Shown: positions 8,839 to 21,073, counted from the stretch's first letter. The stretch: DNA of 64,000 bases from Candidatus Dormiibacterota bacterium (GCA_041691155.1 JBEPVD010000003.1:16456-80455), one strand, 5' to 3'. Notes: generated from the letters alone by a model not told the origin. Translations and numbers: made by a program.

Positions 8839-9384
8839 TCAGGCGACCGCGCTTTTGAGACTGCGGTAACTTCGTAGGAGACAGCGCCGCATGTCGGTGA
8901 GGCGCGGATCGGCCATGTCGCATCCGGCCTCTACCCACGCGTCACAGATGCGCATCGCGTCGGCGCGCAACTGTCCGCTGTCGCGGACGTCCTGCACGGG
9001 TCGGTCGTACGAGTACGCGTACAACGCCGCCACGGCATCGCCAAGGTCGATGCTGTCGCCAGGATCCTCGCGTTGCAACACCCGGTGTACGCGCCACCAT
9101 TCCACATCGAGCCGTGCAGCCTCGGCCGGATCAAATCCCTCGCCACTGCCGGCCGCGAGCGCATAAAACCTGGTCATCAGTCGGCGCGCACCGTCTGGAT
9201 CGTTGACGGGATACGGCGCCCACAGCTGGTTGGCTCGGAGCACCAGCCATGCTCCCCAGAGCGTTTTCGGCCACGAGAGCGCGAAGCCGGTGCGCACCAG
9301 CCCTATCGACGCGGCGAGCACACGGAGCCACTCGCGACGGTAGTAGCCGACCCACGCGGCGCTCTCGAGCCGGGCAAGCGTCAT
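8839..9384 (-). CDS. Hypothetical protein
   Basis: Taken from MTLARLESAAWVGYYRREW... onward. The long 5' extension of ORF 8839..9750 is judged spurious. The start is uncertain. Confidence 0.35.
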   Translation of the reverse strand: MTLARLESAAWVGYYRREWLRVLAASIGLVRTGFALSWPKTLWGAWLVLRANQLWAPYPVNDPDGARRLMTRFYALAAGSGEGFDPAEAARLDVEWWRVHRVLQREDPGDSIDLGDAVAALYAYSYDRPVQDVRDSGQLRADAMRICDAWVEAGCDMADPRLTDMRRCLLRSYRSLKSAVA

Positions 9385-9461
9385 CGGGTCGAACGCGCGC
9401 GCAGCGACTCGCGCATCGCGAGGCGGAGCTGTCGCCACTGACCAGCAGCGTGGGGTGCGGC

Positions 9462-10205
9462 TCATCGGACCGCGTCGAGCCTGCGCGCGAGCGTCCCCGC
9501 CAGGATGTCGGCCTCCTTCGCGAACGCAGCGCTGGGGACCGAGTTCGCGAAACCGATGCCCAGTTGCACGACGAAACGTCCGTCGCTCGGGCTCAGGAAA
9601 TACACGTAGCTCGCGACCCGCGTCACGCCGCTTGCGAACACATCCAGTGCAGAGGTGCGCGTACCTCGCCAATCTCCCACGCTGACCGTCGACGTGGTCA
9701 ATTGCACATCGCCGAATTTCCCGGTGGGGTCCTCCTGCTTCGCCGGACATGCACGCGCACCCGCAGTTGCCTGTCCGATGTCGGTCGCAGCGTCAACCGG
9801 CGTTTTCTCGATGATCACCGCCTCGGTCACCTCGAGTGCCGACGCCTGCGTGGACGGCTGCTGCACGTCCGTGGCCACGGTGCTGCGATCCGCGGTGATG
9901 ATCCCGCTGGTCACGAGACACGGCGTCGCCACCAGGCTGAGGTTGATCATGTCGACCAGCGTCCCGCTCGTGGGAGGGGCGTCGGCGGTGGAACCGGTGA
10001 TATCGGCGGCGGTGACCAGCGCCGCTTTGACGGCGGCGACAGACGCGAGTCCCGCGGGTGTCTGCGCGGGCGTTGGGGTCGTCGAAGCAGTCGGGCTGGA
10101 AGCCACCGTCACCGTCGCTGTTGGTGACGGGGCCGGCGAGACGGTTCCTCCGCTACACCCTGTCAGCGAGAGTCCCATCGCAAGCGTCACCACCCATCGA
10201 GCCAT
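9462..10205 (-). CDS. Lipoprotein of unknown function, last gene of the pst-containing transcription unit
   Basis: A signal peptide with lipobox LTGC-SG is followed by a Pro/Thr/Ala-rich linker. It starts 13 nt after the pstA stop. Confidence 0.55.
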   Translation of the reverse strand: MARWVVTLAMGLSLTGCSGGTVSPAPSPTATVTVASSPTASTTPTPAQTPAGLASVAAVKAALVTAADITGSTADAPPTSGTLVDMINLSLVATPCLVTSGIITADRSTVATDVQQPSTQASALEVTEAVIIEKTPVDAATDIGQATAGARACPAKQEDPTGKFGDVQLTTSTVSVGDWRGTRTSALDVFASGVTRVASYVYFLSPSDGRFVVQLGIGFANSVPSAAFAKEADILAGTLARRLDAVR

Positions 10206-10217
10206 CGCGGACGATCA

Positions 10218-11078
10218 TCACACGTCCATCCGGGCGATCATCCGACGGGAGCGAAGCGTGACCCGGCGACCGAGGAAGATGAGCAGGAGCACCAGCAGCA
10301 CGGTCACGCCCGCGGCGGCATAGGCCACCGACTGGGTGGCTGCGCCGGGAAGCTGGATATCTGTGTAGGTCACGTTGGTCAGGTAGCCGACCGGCTGGAA
10401 TAACCCGGAGGGGTTCTGGTCACTGAAACCCGCCGTGAACAGCAGTGGCGCGGTCTCCCCGGTCGAGATGGCAATCGCGAGGACGAGTCCCGAGACGATG
10501 CCGGGGAGGGCCGGCGGCAGCAGCACTTTACGAATCGTCTTGCCGCGCGACATGCCCAGCGCGATCGCACCCTCGCGCAGCGCGCGGGGGACACTGCTGA
10601 AAGCAAGCTCGGTGGTCTTGACGATGTACGGGAGAATGAGCGCGCTCAGCGCGAGCACGCCCGCGAGCAATGAGTAATGCCAGCCCAGCCCGCTCTTGTT
10701 GACGAGCACCAGGTAGCCGACGTAGCCCACGACGATCGACGGCACACCCGCAAGCACCTCGGAGAAAAAGCGAGCGACCGCGGCGAATCGTGGCGGAGCG
10801 AATTCTGCAAGGTACAGGCCGGCCAGCACGCCGATGGTGCCCGCGACGATGAGCACGCCGAGACTGAGCGTCAGCGTACCGAGGATTGCGTTCTGCAGAC
10901 CCAGTTGCGTGCCCGCCGTGGACTGCGTGATGAGGCTGGGCTTCAACACCGGAAGCGCGTGCGCGAGGATGCTCACGATGATGTCGATCGCGGGCGCGAC
11001 GATCAACAGCAACGCGATGCCGCACAGGGTCCAGAAGATCCCGGCGCGAACGTGACTGACGCGCGGCCTAGACACCAC
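10218..11078 (-). CDS. pstA: Phosphate ABC transporter permease PstA
   Basis: It has a six-TM permease fold with the EAA-like loop region ...GMSRGKTIRKVLLPPALPGIVSGLVLAIAISTGETAPLLFT. Confidence 0.85.
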   Translation of the reverse strand: MVSRPRVSHVRAGIFWTLCGIALLLIVAPAIDIIVSILAHALPVLKPSLITQSTAGTQLGLQNAILGTLTLSLGVLIVAGTIGVLAGLYLAEFAPPRFAAVARFFSEVLAGVPSIVVGYVGYLVLVNKSGLGWHYSLLAGVLALSALILPYIVKTTELAFSSVPRALREGAIALGMSRGKTIRKVLLPPALPGIVSGLVLAIAISTGETAPLLFTAGFSDQNPSGLFQPVGYLTNVTYTDIQLPGAATQSVAYAAAGVTVLLVLLLIFLGRRVTLRSRRMIARMDV

Positions 11079-12126
11079 GACCTACCGGGAGCCCGCCACC
11101 TGAGACCTTGCGCACGACGAGCCGTCCCGCGAAGTTGGTGATGAGGCTGATGCCGAGCAGCAGCAACCCGAGTTCGGCAAGTGCGTGGACCCCCGCGCCG
11201 GTGACGTCGTTGAACGCACCATCGAGAGTCGACGCGATCCATGCTGCGATCGTGCTGGTGTTGCCGTAGGCGTTGCTCGGCAGTGAGTAGATGTCGCCGA
11301 TGATCAGCAGCACCGCGATCGTCTCGCCGAGCGCGCGCGCCCAGCCGAGCAATGACGCGGCGACGATGCCCGTTCGGATGTAGGGAATCGTCACCACACG
11401 AACGGTCTCGTAGCGGGTCATCCCGAGCGCGAGCGCACCTTCCTTGGCGAGGATTGGCACACGCCGCACGAGTTCGCGTGTCGTCGACGCGACGATGGGG
11501 ATGATCATCACGGTGAGAACAAGGCTGGCGGTGAGCAATCCCTGTCCCTGACCGACCGGGCCCTTGAAGAAGGGGATGACATTGCCGATCACGGTCAGCG
11601 GGGGAAACACATGGGCTGAGAGGAACGGGCCCAGGACCGCGACGCCCCAGAGGCCGAACACGACGCTTGGAATGCCCGCCAGCAGCTCGAGGAAGATGGC
11701 GAGCGAGTCGCCGATCCTGCGCGGAATGATCTCACTGAGCATCAGCACGCCGCCGACCGAGATGGGCACCGCAAGGACCAGCGCGATGAGCGACGTGGAG
11801 AGCGTCCCGATGATCAGTGGGAAGACTCCGAACACGGCGTGCGGGGGCGCATGCACCCCGTTGTGCGAGATCGTCGTGGTCGCGTAGAGATTGCCGAAGT
11901 TGAAGACCGATCCGGTGAAGAACGAAAACCCGCTGAAAAGAATCGACGGCAACGCCGAGACGAACATCACAGCGGCGATGAGCCCCAGGATGGCTGTGGG
12001 CACGACTGCGGCGATCCCGCTCACGACCCGGAGCACGCGGTCCGAGAAGGTGAGCTCGCTCCCGCTCACGCGATGATGTGCGCCGCCGGCACCGACTTTG
12101 CCGGTCGGCGCACTGATCATCGCCAT
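11068..12126 (-). CDS. pstC: Phosphate ABC transporter permease PstC
   Basis: Typical PstC TM topology. The start is taken at MAMISAPTG (the CAT at 12124-12126). The upstream part of ORF 11068..12345 is read-through. Confidence 0.85.
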   Translation of the reverse strand: MAMISAPTGKVGAGGAHHRVSGSELTFSDRVLRVVSGIAAVVPTAILGLIAAVMFVSALPSILFSGFSFFTGSVFNFGNLYATTTISHNGVHAPPHAVFGVFPLIIGTLSTSLIALVLAVPISVGGVLMLSEIIPRRIGDSLAIFLELLAGIPSVVFGLWGVAVLGPFLSAHVFPPLTVIGNVIPFFKGPVGQGQGLLTASLVLTVMIIPIVASTTRELVRRVPILAKEGALALGMTRYETVRVVTIPYIRTGIVAASLLGWARALGETIAVLLIIGDIYSLPSNAYGNTSTIAAWIASTLDGAFNDVTGAGVHALAELGLLLLGISLITNFAGRLVVRKVSGGGLPVGRGV

Positions 12127-12148
12127 GCTTGGGGGTCCGTTTCCCCGG

Positions 12149-13264
12149 TCAGCTCTTGATCGACGTGATGACGGACTGGATCGCAGCCAGTACGGAGGCG
12201 GGTACCGAGGCCTGCAGTCCGACGAAGTTCTGCTTCGCGAGGAGGGCGGGCATCGAGCCGCTGTTGGGATCGATCGTCCACTCGAGGAACGTTCGCAATG
12301 CGAGCGCATTGTCGGCCGAGGTCTGTTTGGTGTTGACGACGACATACTCGAAGTTGACGATCGGGTAGGACTGCGCGCCGTCCTGGTAGATCAGCGAGAG
12401 GGCGAGGTTCGCGGGGATCGTCGCGGCGCCGGCCGTGACCGCTGCCGCGATGGTCGCCGGTGTCGGAAGGACGAATGCGCCCGACTTGTCCTGCAGCATC
12501 GCCTGCCCGAGCCCGGCCGTAGTCGCCGCGGCGGAGGCGCTGACGCCGATGTATGCGACGCACCCGGCCTTGCACGCCGTGACCATGCCCGGGTTGCTCG
12601 AAGCACTGCCTTCACCGGCCACCTTGGGCCATGTGACCGACGTCCCGAAACCCGGACCATTCGACCAGGTGCTACTGGTGGCGCTCAGGAAGGAGGTGAA
12701 CAGGAACGTGTCACCCGAGGTTCCCTGGCGAACCAGCGGCACGATCGTCGTCCCGGGCAATGTCGCGCTGGTGTTGAGCGCCGCGATCGCGGGATCGTTC
12801 CACTTGGTGATCGTCCCGGAGTAGATCTTGGCGAGCACGTCGCCGTTGAGATTGAGGGTCGTGACGCCGGGCAGGTTGAACCAGACGCCTTGCGCCGAGA
12901 CCGCAATCGGGATGTTCGCGATTGAGGGGGTCGCCGAGAACTGGGCCGGGCTCAAGTACGCGTCGGTGCCGCCCAGCAGCGAGTTGCCCTGCGTGGCGTC
13001 AGTGATTCCCGTTCCCGAGCCGCCGCCCTTCGGTGCCAGTGTGATGTTCGGATACGCGGCGGTCAGCGGCGCGACCAGCTCTTGAAGATACGGCAGCAAC
13101 AACGACGATCCGCTCTCACTCAGCGAGACCGCCGAGCTCGGGTTGCCGGTTGCTGCGGGTGCGGGCGAGCCGCCCCCCGTTGTCGGTGTCGTACTGCTGC
13201 TCCCGCAAGCGACGACCGCCAGCGTTCCGAGTAGTGCGATTCCTCCCATCAGCCCTGTGCGCAT
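12149..13264 (-). CDS. pstS: Phosphate-binding lipoprotein PstS
   Basis: A signal peptide with lipobox VVAC-GSSS is followed by a PBP-like type 2 fold. Confidence 0.85.
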   Translation of the reverse strand: MRTGLMGGIALLGTLAVVACGSSSTTPTTGGGSPAPAATGNPSSAVSLSESGSSLLLPYLQELVAPLTAAYPNITLAPKGGGSGTGITDATQGNSLLGGTDAYLSPAQFSATPSIANIPIAVSAQGVWFNLPGVTTLNLNGDVLAKIYSGTITKWNDPAIAALNTSATLPGTTIVPLVRQGTSGDTFLFTSFLSATSSTWSNGPGFGTSVTWPKVAGEGSASSNPGMVTACKAGCVAYIGVSASAAATTAGLGQAMLQDKSGAFVLPTPATIAAAVTAGAATIPANLALSLIYQDGAQSYPIVNFEYVVVNTKQTSADNALALRTFLEWTIDPNSGSMPALLAKQNFVGLQASVPASVLAAIQSVITSIKS

Positions 13265-13329
13265 GGATACCTCTCCTGTTTTGAAGGCGTGTTTGACTAG
13301 TTGCCGGTGACCACCGGATTCACGATGGA

Positions 13330-14151
13330 TTAGCCGATGCGCCCGCTGACGTACTCTCGGCTGCGTTCGTCCTCTGCCGCGTGAAAGAACTTGTCGCTCG
13401 GCGCGGTTTCCACGAGCTTCCCTGCCATGAGAAACACGACGTCGTCGCTGATGCGCAATGCCTGAGCGAGGTTGTGCGTGACGATGAGGATCGTCATCGA
13501 CTCGCGGAGGCTGCGGAGCAGCGCCTCGATATGCTCGGTCGTACCGGGATCCAGCGCCGACGTCGGCTCGTCCAGCAGGAGCACGTCCGGAGAAAGCGCG
13601 AGCGCCCGCGCGAGGCAGAGCAACTGCTGCTGTCCCCCCGACAATGTGAAGGGCGAGGAGCCGAGCCGGTCCTTCACAGCCTCCCAGAGACCCACTTCGG
13701 AAAGGCGTTCTTCCACGAGCTGTTTGTCACCGCCGCGCGCCACCAACCCGTGGGCGCGAGGCGCAATGGAGATGTTGTCCGCGATGCTCTGCGGGAACGG
13801 GTTCGCGCGCTGGAAGAGCATGCCGACCCGCCGACGGAGCTCGCGCACGTTGACGTCGTCGCCGTAGATCTCCACGCCCTGCACGGCGATCGACCCATCG
13901 ACGGACATCCCGGCCGTGTGGTCGTGCATGCGGTTCACCGAGCGCAGCAGGGTGGTCTTCCCACATCCGGTGGGTCCGACGATGGCGGTGATCCGCTTGC
14001 CGGCGAAACCGACGGTGATCTGGTCGAGGATGCGGCGTTGACCGAGCTTCACGGTCAATTCCTTGACCGCGACCGCCGTTCCCGCCGACGCGCCGCTCTG
14101 TTGAACGGTCTCCGCCGTCGGAAGGCTCAAAAACCCCGCTCCAGCCACCAC
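13330..14151 (-). CDS. pstB: Phosphate import ATP-binding protein PstB
   Basis: Walker A GPTGCGKTT, the signature LSGGQQQ and the PstB C-terminal region. It lies upstream of pstS, giving a pstB-S-C-A order. Confidence 0.9.
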   Translation of the reverse strand: MVAGAGFLSLPTAETVQQSGASAGTAVAVKELTVKLGQRRILDQITVGFAGKRITAIVGPTGCGKTTLLRSVNRMHDHTAGMSVDGSIAVQGVEIYGDDVNVRELRRRVGMLFQRANPFPQSIADNISIAPRAHGLVARGGDKQLVEERLSEVGLWEAVKDRLGSSPFTLSGGQQQLLCLARALALSPDVLLLDEPTSALDPGTTEHIEALLRSLRESMTILIVTHNLAQALRISDDVVFLMAGKLVETAPSDKFFHAAEDERSREYVSGRIG

Positions 14152-14198
14152 ACTTCGCAGCCTAGCGAGAGGAAGTTTGTGCGGGTGTTAGGTGATGG

Positions 14199-15876
<1,678 letters not shown>

Positions 15877-15880
<4 letters not shown>

Positions 15881-16992
15881 GCGACCACCCCGGCGGTGCG
15901 GAAGCGAGCGGGCGACCACGCGCGGGTCGTTGCGGGCCACGCGCCACCGGCAAGCACCCCGGCGACGGCGTCGGCGGTCGCCGGGGCGAGCAGGAACCCG
16001 TTACGGAAGTGCCCGGTCGCGACGATCAGGCCGGGTGTCGTTGTTTCGCCCACGATCGGCATATTGTCCGGCGAGCCGGGGCGCAATCCTGCGGATGCCT
16101 CGACCAGTTCGAGTTCGGTCACGTCCGGCACGAGCGCCCGGGCGTCGTCGAGCATCTGCAGCACGGCACCGGCGGTGACCGTGGTGTCGAACCCGTGCTC
16201 CTCCATGGTCCCGCCGATCACCACACGCCCGTCGCCACGAGGAACCAGATAGACGTGCTCGTTGCGAATGGTTCGCGTGAGCATCGCCGGGTCGCCACGG
16301 AGGCGAAGGATCTGCCCCTTGATCGGACGGGTGGGTGGTATGTCCTCCACCGGAATGCCCACGATCGTCCGCGACCAGCAGCCGGCTGCGAGCACCACCT
16401 GCGACGACGCGAGGTTCTCGCCGCCCTCGAGCCGCACGCCCGCAGCGCGCCCGGCCGCAAGGGTCAGCTGCCCGCGGCTACGGCGGATCTCGACGCCGAG
16501 GCGATTACACGCCTGCAGCAGTGCTGCGACCATCGCCCGCGGATCGACCTGGTGGTCACTTTCCACCAGCATCCCGCCGCGGATCGATGGCGAGAGGCTC
16601 GGCTCGAGCAGGCGTGTCTCCCGCGAGGTGAGCCGCTGTACCGGCAAGCCGAGTTCCTCGCGGTGGCGATAGAGCCGCTCGAGCGAACTCTGCTCGTCGG
16701 CATCGGCAGCCACATGCAAGGTGCCGTTCTGCAGGTATCCCGCTGAGCGACCCGCGTCCAACTCGAGCTCGGCGATGAACGAGGGATATCTCGCCGCCGA
16801 GTCGCAGTTGAGCGCGATCACCGCTTCCTCGCCGAACGCGACCTCCCCCACCGGAGCGATCATGCCCGCGGCGAAACGGGAGGACCCCGAGCCTGGCTCC
16901 GGGTCGACCACCGCCACGCTGAGGCCGGCGCGAGCAGCCCGCCAGGCCACGGCGAGACCGATCACGCCGCCGCCGATGACCGCTACATCCAC
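15877..16992 (-). CDS. thiO: FAD-dependent glycine oxidase ThiO
   Basis: N-terminal MDVAVIGGGVIGLAVAW Rossmann motif and DAO-family length. It lies directly upstream of thiSG. Confidence 0.8.
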
Positions 16993-17018
16993 TCGTCTCC
17001 TCTATTGGTGGTCCGAGT

Positions 17019-17744
17019 TTACGGGGCGGGGTCGGTTGCGCCGATCCGGTCGAGCCGGTAGCCGACGCCGAACACCGTGGTGATCCGGAAGGGCATCTGG
17101 GCGAAGGGCTCGAACTTCTCGCGAAGCCAGCGCACATGCACGTCCACGGTCTTCGGGTCACCGTAGAAACGGTTGCCCCAGACCGCAGCGATGATCGACT
17201 GCCGAGACAGCACCCGGCCGCTGTTGCGCAGAAGCAGTGAGAGCAGGTCGAACTCCTTCGGAGCCAGTCGCAGCTCGGTCCCCTCGAGATGGACGGTCCG
17301 AGCCGCACGGTCGATCTTGAAGCCGTCGAACTCCTCGACTTCCACCGCCCCGGTGGGACGGGTGCTCATCTCGGACCGTCGCAGGAGCGCGGTGATGCGC
17401 GCGAGCAACTCGTTGAACGAGAAGGGCTTGGTGACGTAGTCGTCCGCACCGAGCTGCAGCCCGACCACCTTGTCGACCTCGGTCCCCTTGGCCGTGAGCA
17501 TGAGGATGGGCGTGGCCGACTCCTGCCGCAACACGCGGCAGACCTCGAGACCGCTGAGCCCGGGCAGCATCACGTCGAGGAGGATGAGGTCCGGACGCTC
17601 GGCTCTCGCCAGGTTCAGCGCGTCGGGCCCGGTGCCCGCCTCGATGACCTGGTAGCCCTCGCGGACAAGGTTGTAGCGAAGCGTCTCGCGAATTGCTTCC
17701 TCGTCCTCGACAACGAGAATCCGCTTCGCGGCGGTGGGCGCCAT
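17019..17744 (-). CDS. OmpR/PhoB-family response regulator (RegX3/PhoB-like)
   Basis: Receiver domain D-D...ILLDVMLPGLSGLEV...MLTAKG...GADDYVTKPFS, plus a winged-helix C-terminus ...VDVHVRWLREK. Confidence 0.85.
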   Translation of the reverse strand: MAPTAAKRILVVEDEEAIRETLRYNLVREGYQVIEAGTGPDALNLARAERPDLILLDVMLPGLSGLEVCRVLRQESATPILMLTAKGTEVDKVVGLQLGADDYVTKPFSFNELLARITALLRRSEMSTRPTGAVEVEEFDGFKIDRAARTVHLEGTELRLAPKEFDLLSLLLRNSGRVLSRQSIIAAVWGNRFYGDPKTVDVHVRWLREKFEPFAQMPFRITTVFGVGYRLDRIGATDPAP

Positions 17745-17799
17745 CGACCGAGCTTAGTCGCTGTCGCGCTGGAATCGCCCGTCGCGGGGCCGGAAACCC

Positions 17800-18870
17800 G
17801 TGCCTATACTCGCCTCGATGAAGGTGGTGAGCGAAAACCAGCTGTTGTCGGGGACCGGGAGCATTGCGGTCCTGCGAGCGGTCGGTCTCTTGCTCGACCC
17901 CGGCATCGTCGGTCTCGACGCGAATGGACGTGTCCTGCTGGCCAACGAGCCCGCGCGCCGCCTGCTCGGTCTGGACCTCACCGAAGGCTCGGACTTTGTC
18001 GCGGGCGAGGTCGACTACCGGCTCATCCGTCTGATCGATGCCGCGCGACAGAGTGGCGGCGTGGAGGAACGCGCGATCACGCTGCACGATCGCGACTTCA
18101 ACGCGCGTGCCATCGCACTGAACGGCGAAATTGCGACGCTGTTGCTGGTGCGTGATGAGACACGCGTCCATCACCTCGAGCGAGTTCGGCGCGACTTTGT
18201 CAGTAACGTGTCGCACGAATTGCGCACGCCGATCACCGCTGTGCAGCTCATCGCCGAGACCCTCGCCAACGGCGGGCTGGAAGACCCGGACGCCGCCGCC
18301 GACTTCGTCCGGCGCATCGGCCAGGAGGCGTCGCACATGGCGCAGATGGTCGAGGAGTTGCTCGAGCTGAGCACGATCGAGTCCGGCCTCCGCCCGATGG
18401 CGAGTGAGCGCGTGCCGATCGCGAAGCTGATGGGCAGCCTGGACCGCCTGCGTCCACTCGCGGAGAGCAAGGGCGTCGCCCTCGAGGTCTACGTCGCACC
18501 GCGGACGCCGGACCTCATCGGCGACACGTCGCACCTCGGGCAGGTGCTCCGCAACCTCACCCACAACGCCATCAAGTTCACGCCGAAGGGCGGCCGGATC
18601 GACATCAGCGCAGCGCCTGGCGAGCCGGGTCAGGTGGTGCTCCGCTGTCGTGACACCGGAGTGGGCATCACACCCGCCGATCTCCCGCGAATCTATGAGC
18701 GATTCTGGAAGGCCGACAGCTCGCGTCAGCGTGACGGCGAAGGCTCCGGGCTCGGACTGGCCATCGTGCGGCACGTCGTCGAGGCCCACGGGGGGACGGT
18801 GACGGTGACGTCGGAGCCGCGCCGCGGGACCGAGTTCCAGGTGGTCCTACCAGCCGCGCCCCGGCAATGA
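17800..18870 (+). CDS. Histidine kinase, apparently soluble (PAS-like N-terminus, no clear TM)
   Basis: H-box SHELRTPIT. The N, G1 and G2 boxes are NLTHNAIKFT, DTGVGI and GSGLGLAIV. It is divergent from the response regulator. The start is GTG 17800 or ATG 17818. Confidence 0.8.
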   Translation: MPILASMKVVSENQLLSGTGSIAVLRAVGLLLDPGIVGLDANGRVLLANEPARRLLGLDLTEGSDFVAGEVDYRLIRLIDAARQSGGVEERAITLHDRDFNARAIALNGEIATLLLVRDETRVHHLERVRRDFVSNVSHELRTPITAVQLIAETLANGGLEDPDAAADFVRRIGQEASHMAQMVEELLELSTIESGLRPMASERVPIAKLMGSLDRLRPLAESKGVALEVYVAPRTPDLIGDTSHLGQVLRNLTHNAIKFTPKGGRIDISAAPGEPGQVVLRCRDTGVGITPADLPRIYERFWKADSSRQRDGEGSGLGLAIVRHVVEAHGGTVTVTSEPRRGTEFQVVLPAAPRQ

Positions 18871-18963
18871 TCGAGCGTCGTTTGACCGGGTTGCTGTCCA
18901 AGAATGCGGTTCGTTACCATCTGACAACTAATACGACGTAGCTTCCTGTGCAGGGGGAGGCCC

Positions 18964-20010
18964 ATGGCGGAACGCGTTCTCGACATCGATGCGTCGCCTC
19001 CCACCGAGGGGCATCCTGCCCTTTTGGAACGGCACATCGAGCTTCTCGACTCGGGGCTCCGGAACACCGCACCACGCACCGGCGGCTTGCTCCGGCAGAT
19101 GTCCGCGTACCACCTCGGGTGGACGGATGCGAACGGGCATCCTGCGAACGAGCCCGCCGGCAAGCGGATTCGCCCTGCCCTGGCGCTCTGGGCGTGCGAG
19201 GCGCTCGGCGGTGAACCGGCGTGGGCACTCCCGGCCGCGGTCGCGGTCGAGTTGATCCACAACTTCACACTCATCCACGACGACATTCAGGACGGCGATG
19301 AGCTGCGTCGCCATCGCCCCGCCGTCTGGTCGGTGTGGGGGGCGGAGCAGGGGATCAACGCCGGTGACGGCATGTTCGCGAACGCGCTCGCCGGGCTGCT
19401 GGCGCCGGGGCCCCGACCTGGACGCAGGATGCGCGCCGCCCATCTGCTGAGCGCTGCTGTGGTCAAGGTGGTCGAGGGTCAGTGCCTCGATCTCTCGCTG
19501 GAGGGACGCGCGAGCACCTCGCAGGCAACCTACCTCCGCCTGGTGACCATGAAGACCGGGGCGCTCCTCGGTGCCGCCATGGCGTCCGGGGCGGTGATGG
19601 CCGGGGCGCCTCGCGCGGTGGCGCGTCGCTTCGACGCTGCGGGCAGGCTGCTCGGGCTCGCCTTCCAGGTGCGCGACGATTGGCTGGGGACCTGGGGCGA
19701 CCCGCAGATCACGGGGAAGGCCCGCAGCGGCGACTTGCGCCAGCGCAAGCTCACCTATCCGATCGTCGCCGCGTACGACGTTGCGACCCCGAACCGGCGC
19801 CGCGAGCTGCGCACGCTGTTTCGTGAGCGCGAACCCGGTGGTGAATTCCGGCTCCGCGCGCTCCTCGAGGAGTTGGGTGGACCAACACTCACCGCCGGTG
19901 TGCCGATGGTGCTGGCGCGCGACGCGGTGGCCGCCCTGACCGGCCTCGCCGACGAGGCGATCACTGATTTCGCGGATCTGGCGATCCATGTTGCTGAACG
20001 CAACCGCTAG
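18964..20010 (+). CDS. Polyprenyl diphosphate synthase (trans-IPPS, FPP/GGPP synthase class)
   Basis: First Asp-rich motif LIHDDIQD and second motif FQVRDD. The RBS GGGGGAGG lies 6 nt upstream. Confidence 0.8.
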   Translation: MAERVLDIDASPPTEGHPALLERHIELLDSGLRNTAPRTGGLLRQMSAYHLGWTDANGHPANEPAGKRIRPALALWACEALGGEPAWALPAAVAVELIHNFTLIHDDIQDGDELRRHRPAVWSVWGAEQGINAGDGMFANALAGLLAPGPRPGRRMRAAHLLSAAVVKVVEGQCLDLSLEGRASTSQATYLRLVTMKTGALLGAAMASGAVMAGAPRAVARRFDAAGRLLGLAFQVRDDWLGTWGDPQITGKARSGDLRQRKLTYPIVAAYDVATPNRRRELRTLFREREPGGEFRLRALLEELGGPTLTAGVPMVLARDAVAALTGLADEAITDFADLAIHVAERNR

Positions 20011-21073
20011 CTCGAGCATCGACCCGCCCACCGAATCGCGAACGGCCTCGCGGAAGGACGAGCATCTGCGCATCAACATCGACGAGGACGTTGCTGCGAA
20101 AGGCATCGAGACCGGGTTCGATGACTGGCGTTTCGTGCATCGCGCGCTCCCCGAGATCGACCTCGACACGATCGACCTGACGTCGACATTTCTCGGGCAC
20201 GCGGTCGGCGCGCCACTGCTGCTGTCGTGCATGACCGGTGGGACCGAACAGGCACGCCTCATCAATCGCCGGCTCGCGCGCGTCGCCCAGATCCACCGGC
20301 TCCCGATGGGCCTGGGTTCCTGCCGCGTACTCCTCGAGCAACCCGACGTGCTGCACACCTTCGACGTGCGCGACATCGCGCCCGACGTGCCCCTGCTCGC
20401 GAACCTCGGCGCGGTGCAACTCAACCAGGGCGTCGGCGTCGCCGACTGTCGCGAGTTGATGCGCGCACTGCGCGCGGATGCGCTCGTCCTGCATCTCAAC
20501 CCATTGCAGGAAGCGCTGCAGTCAGCGGGGAACACAGCGTTCTCGGGTTTGCTCGAGCGCATCCGTGCCGTCTGCGCGGGGCTCGATGCGCCGGTGATCG
20601 TCAAGGAGGTCGGGTGGGGCATCGCCGCCGACCTCGTGATCCAGCTGTTCGACGCGGGTGTCGCGGCCGTGGACGTTGCGGGCGCAGGCGGCACCTCGTG
20701 GAGCGAAGTCGAGCGGCACCGCATGAGCAATCCGATTCGCGCGCGCGTGGCCGCGTCGTTCGCGGGCTGGGGCATTCCCACCACCGCCGCGCTGATCGGC
20801 GCGAGACTCGCCGCGCCGGACGGATATCTCATTGCCAGCGGCGGGGTTCGCAACGGTATCGACGTCGCCAAAGCGGTTGCGCTCGGCGCTGATTCGGTGG
20901 GCATTGCCGGGCCGTTCGTGCGTGCGGCGGCCGCCGGTGACGAGGTGCTCGAGGACACTGTCGCAGTGATCATCGAGGAGTTGCGCCTCGCGATGTTCTG
21001 TGTTGGCGCTGCATCGGTCGCAGCGCTCAGCGACGCTCGCATCGCGCCGTGCGACGACCGGACGGCGCCATGA
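19988..21073 (+). CDS. fni: Type 2 isopentenyl-diphosphate delta-isomerase (FMN-dependent IDI-2)
   Basis: RKDEHL N-terminal motif and a TIM-barrel glycolate-oxidase-like fold ...GGTSW...ASGGVRNGIDVAKAVALGAD. Confidence 0.8.
   Translation: MLLNATASSSIDPPTESRTASRKDEHLRINIDEDVAAKGIETGFDDWRFVHRALPEIDLDTIDLTSTFLGHAVGAPLLLSCMTGGTEQARLINRRLARVAQIHRLPMGLGSCRVLLEQPDVLHTFDVRDIAPDVPLLANLGAVQLNQGVGVADCRELMRALRADALVLHLNPLQEALQSAGNTAFSGLLERIRAVCAGLDAPVIVKEVGWGIAADLVIQLFDAGVAAVDVAGAGGTSWSEVERHRMSNPIRARVAASFAGWGIPTTAALIGARLAAPDGYLIASGGVRNGIDVAKAVALGADSVGIAGPFVRAAAAGDEVLEDTVAVIIEELRLAMFCVGAASVAALSDARIAPCDDRTAP

Noticed and set aside
16990-17100. Looked for a TPP riboswitch ahead of thiO
   Set aside because: There is only 26 nt between the response-regulator stop and the thiO start, and no CUGAGA/ACCUGA/GGAUAAUGCC-like elements are visible on the minus strand.
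17158-18789. 543-aa minus-strand ORF antisense to the histidine kinase
   Set aside because: Shadow ORF with Arg/Gly/Ala-rich junk translation. The plus-strand kinase boxes H, N, G1 and G2 are all present.
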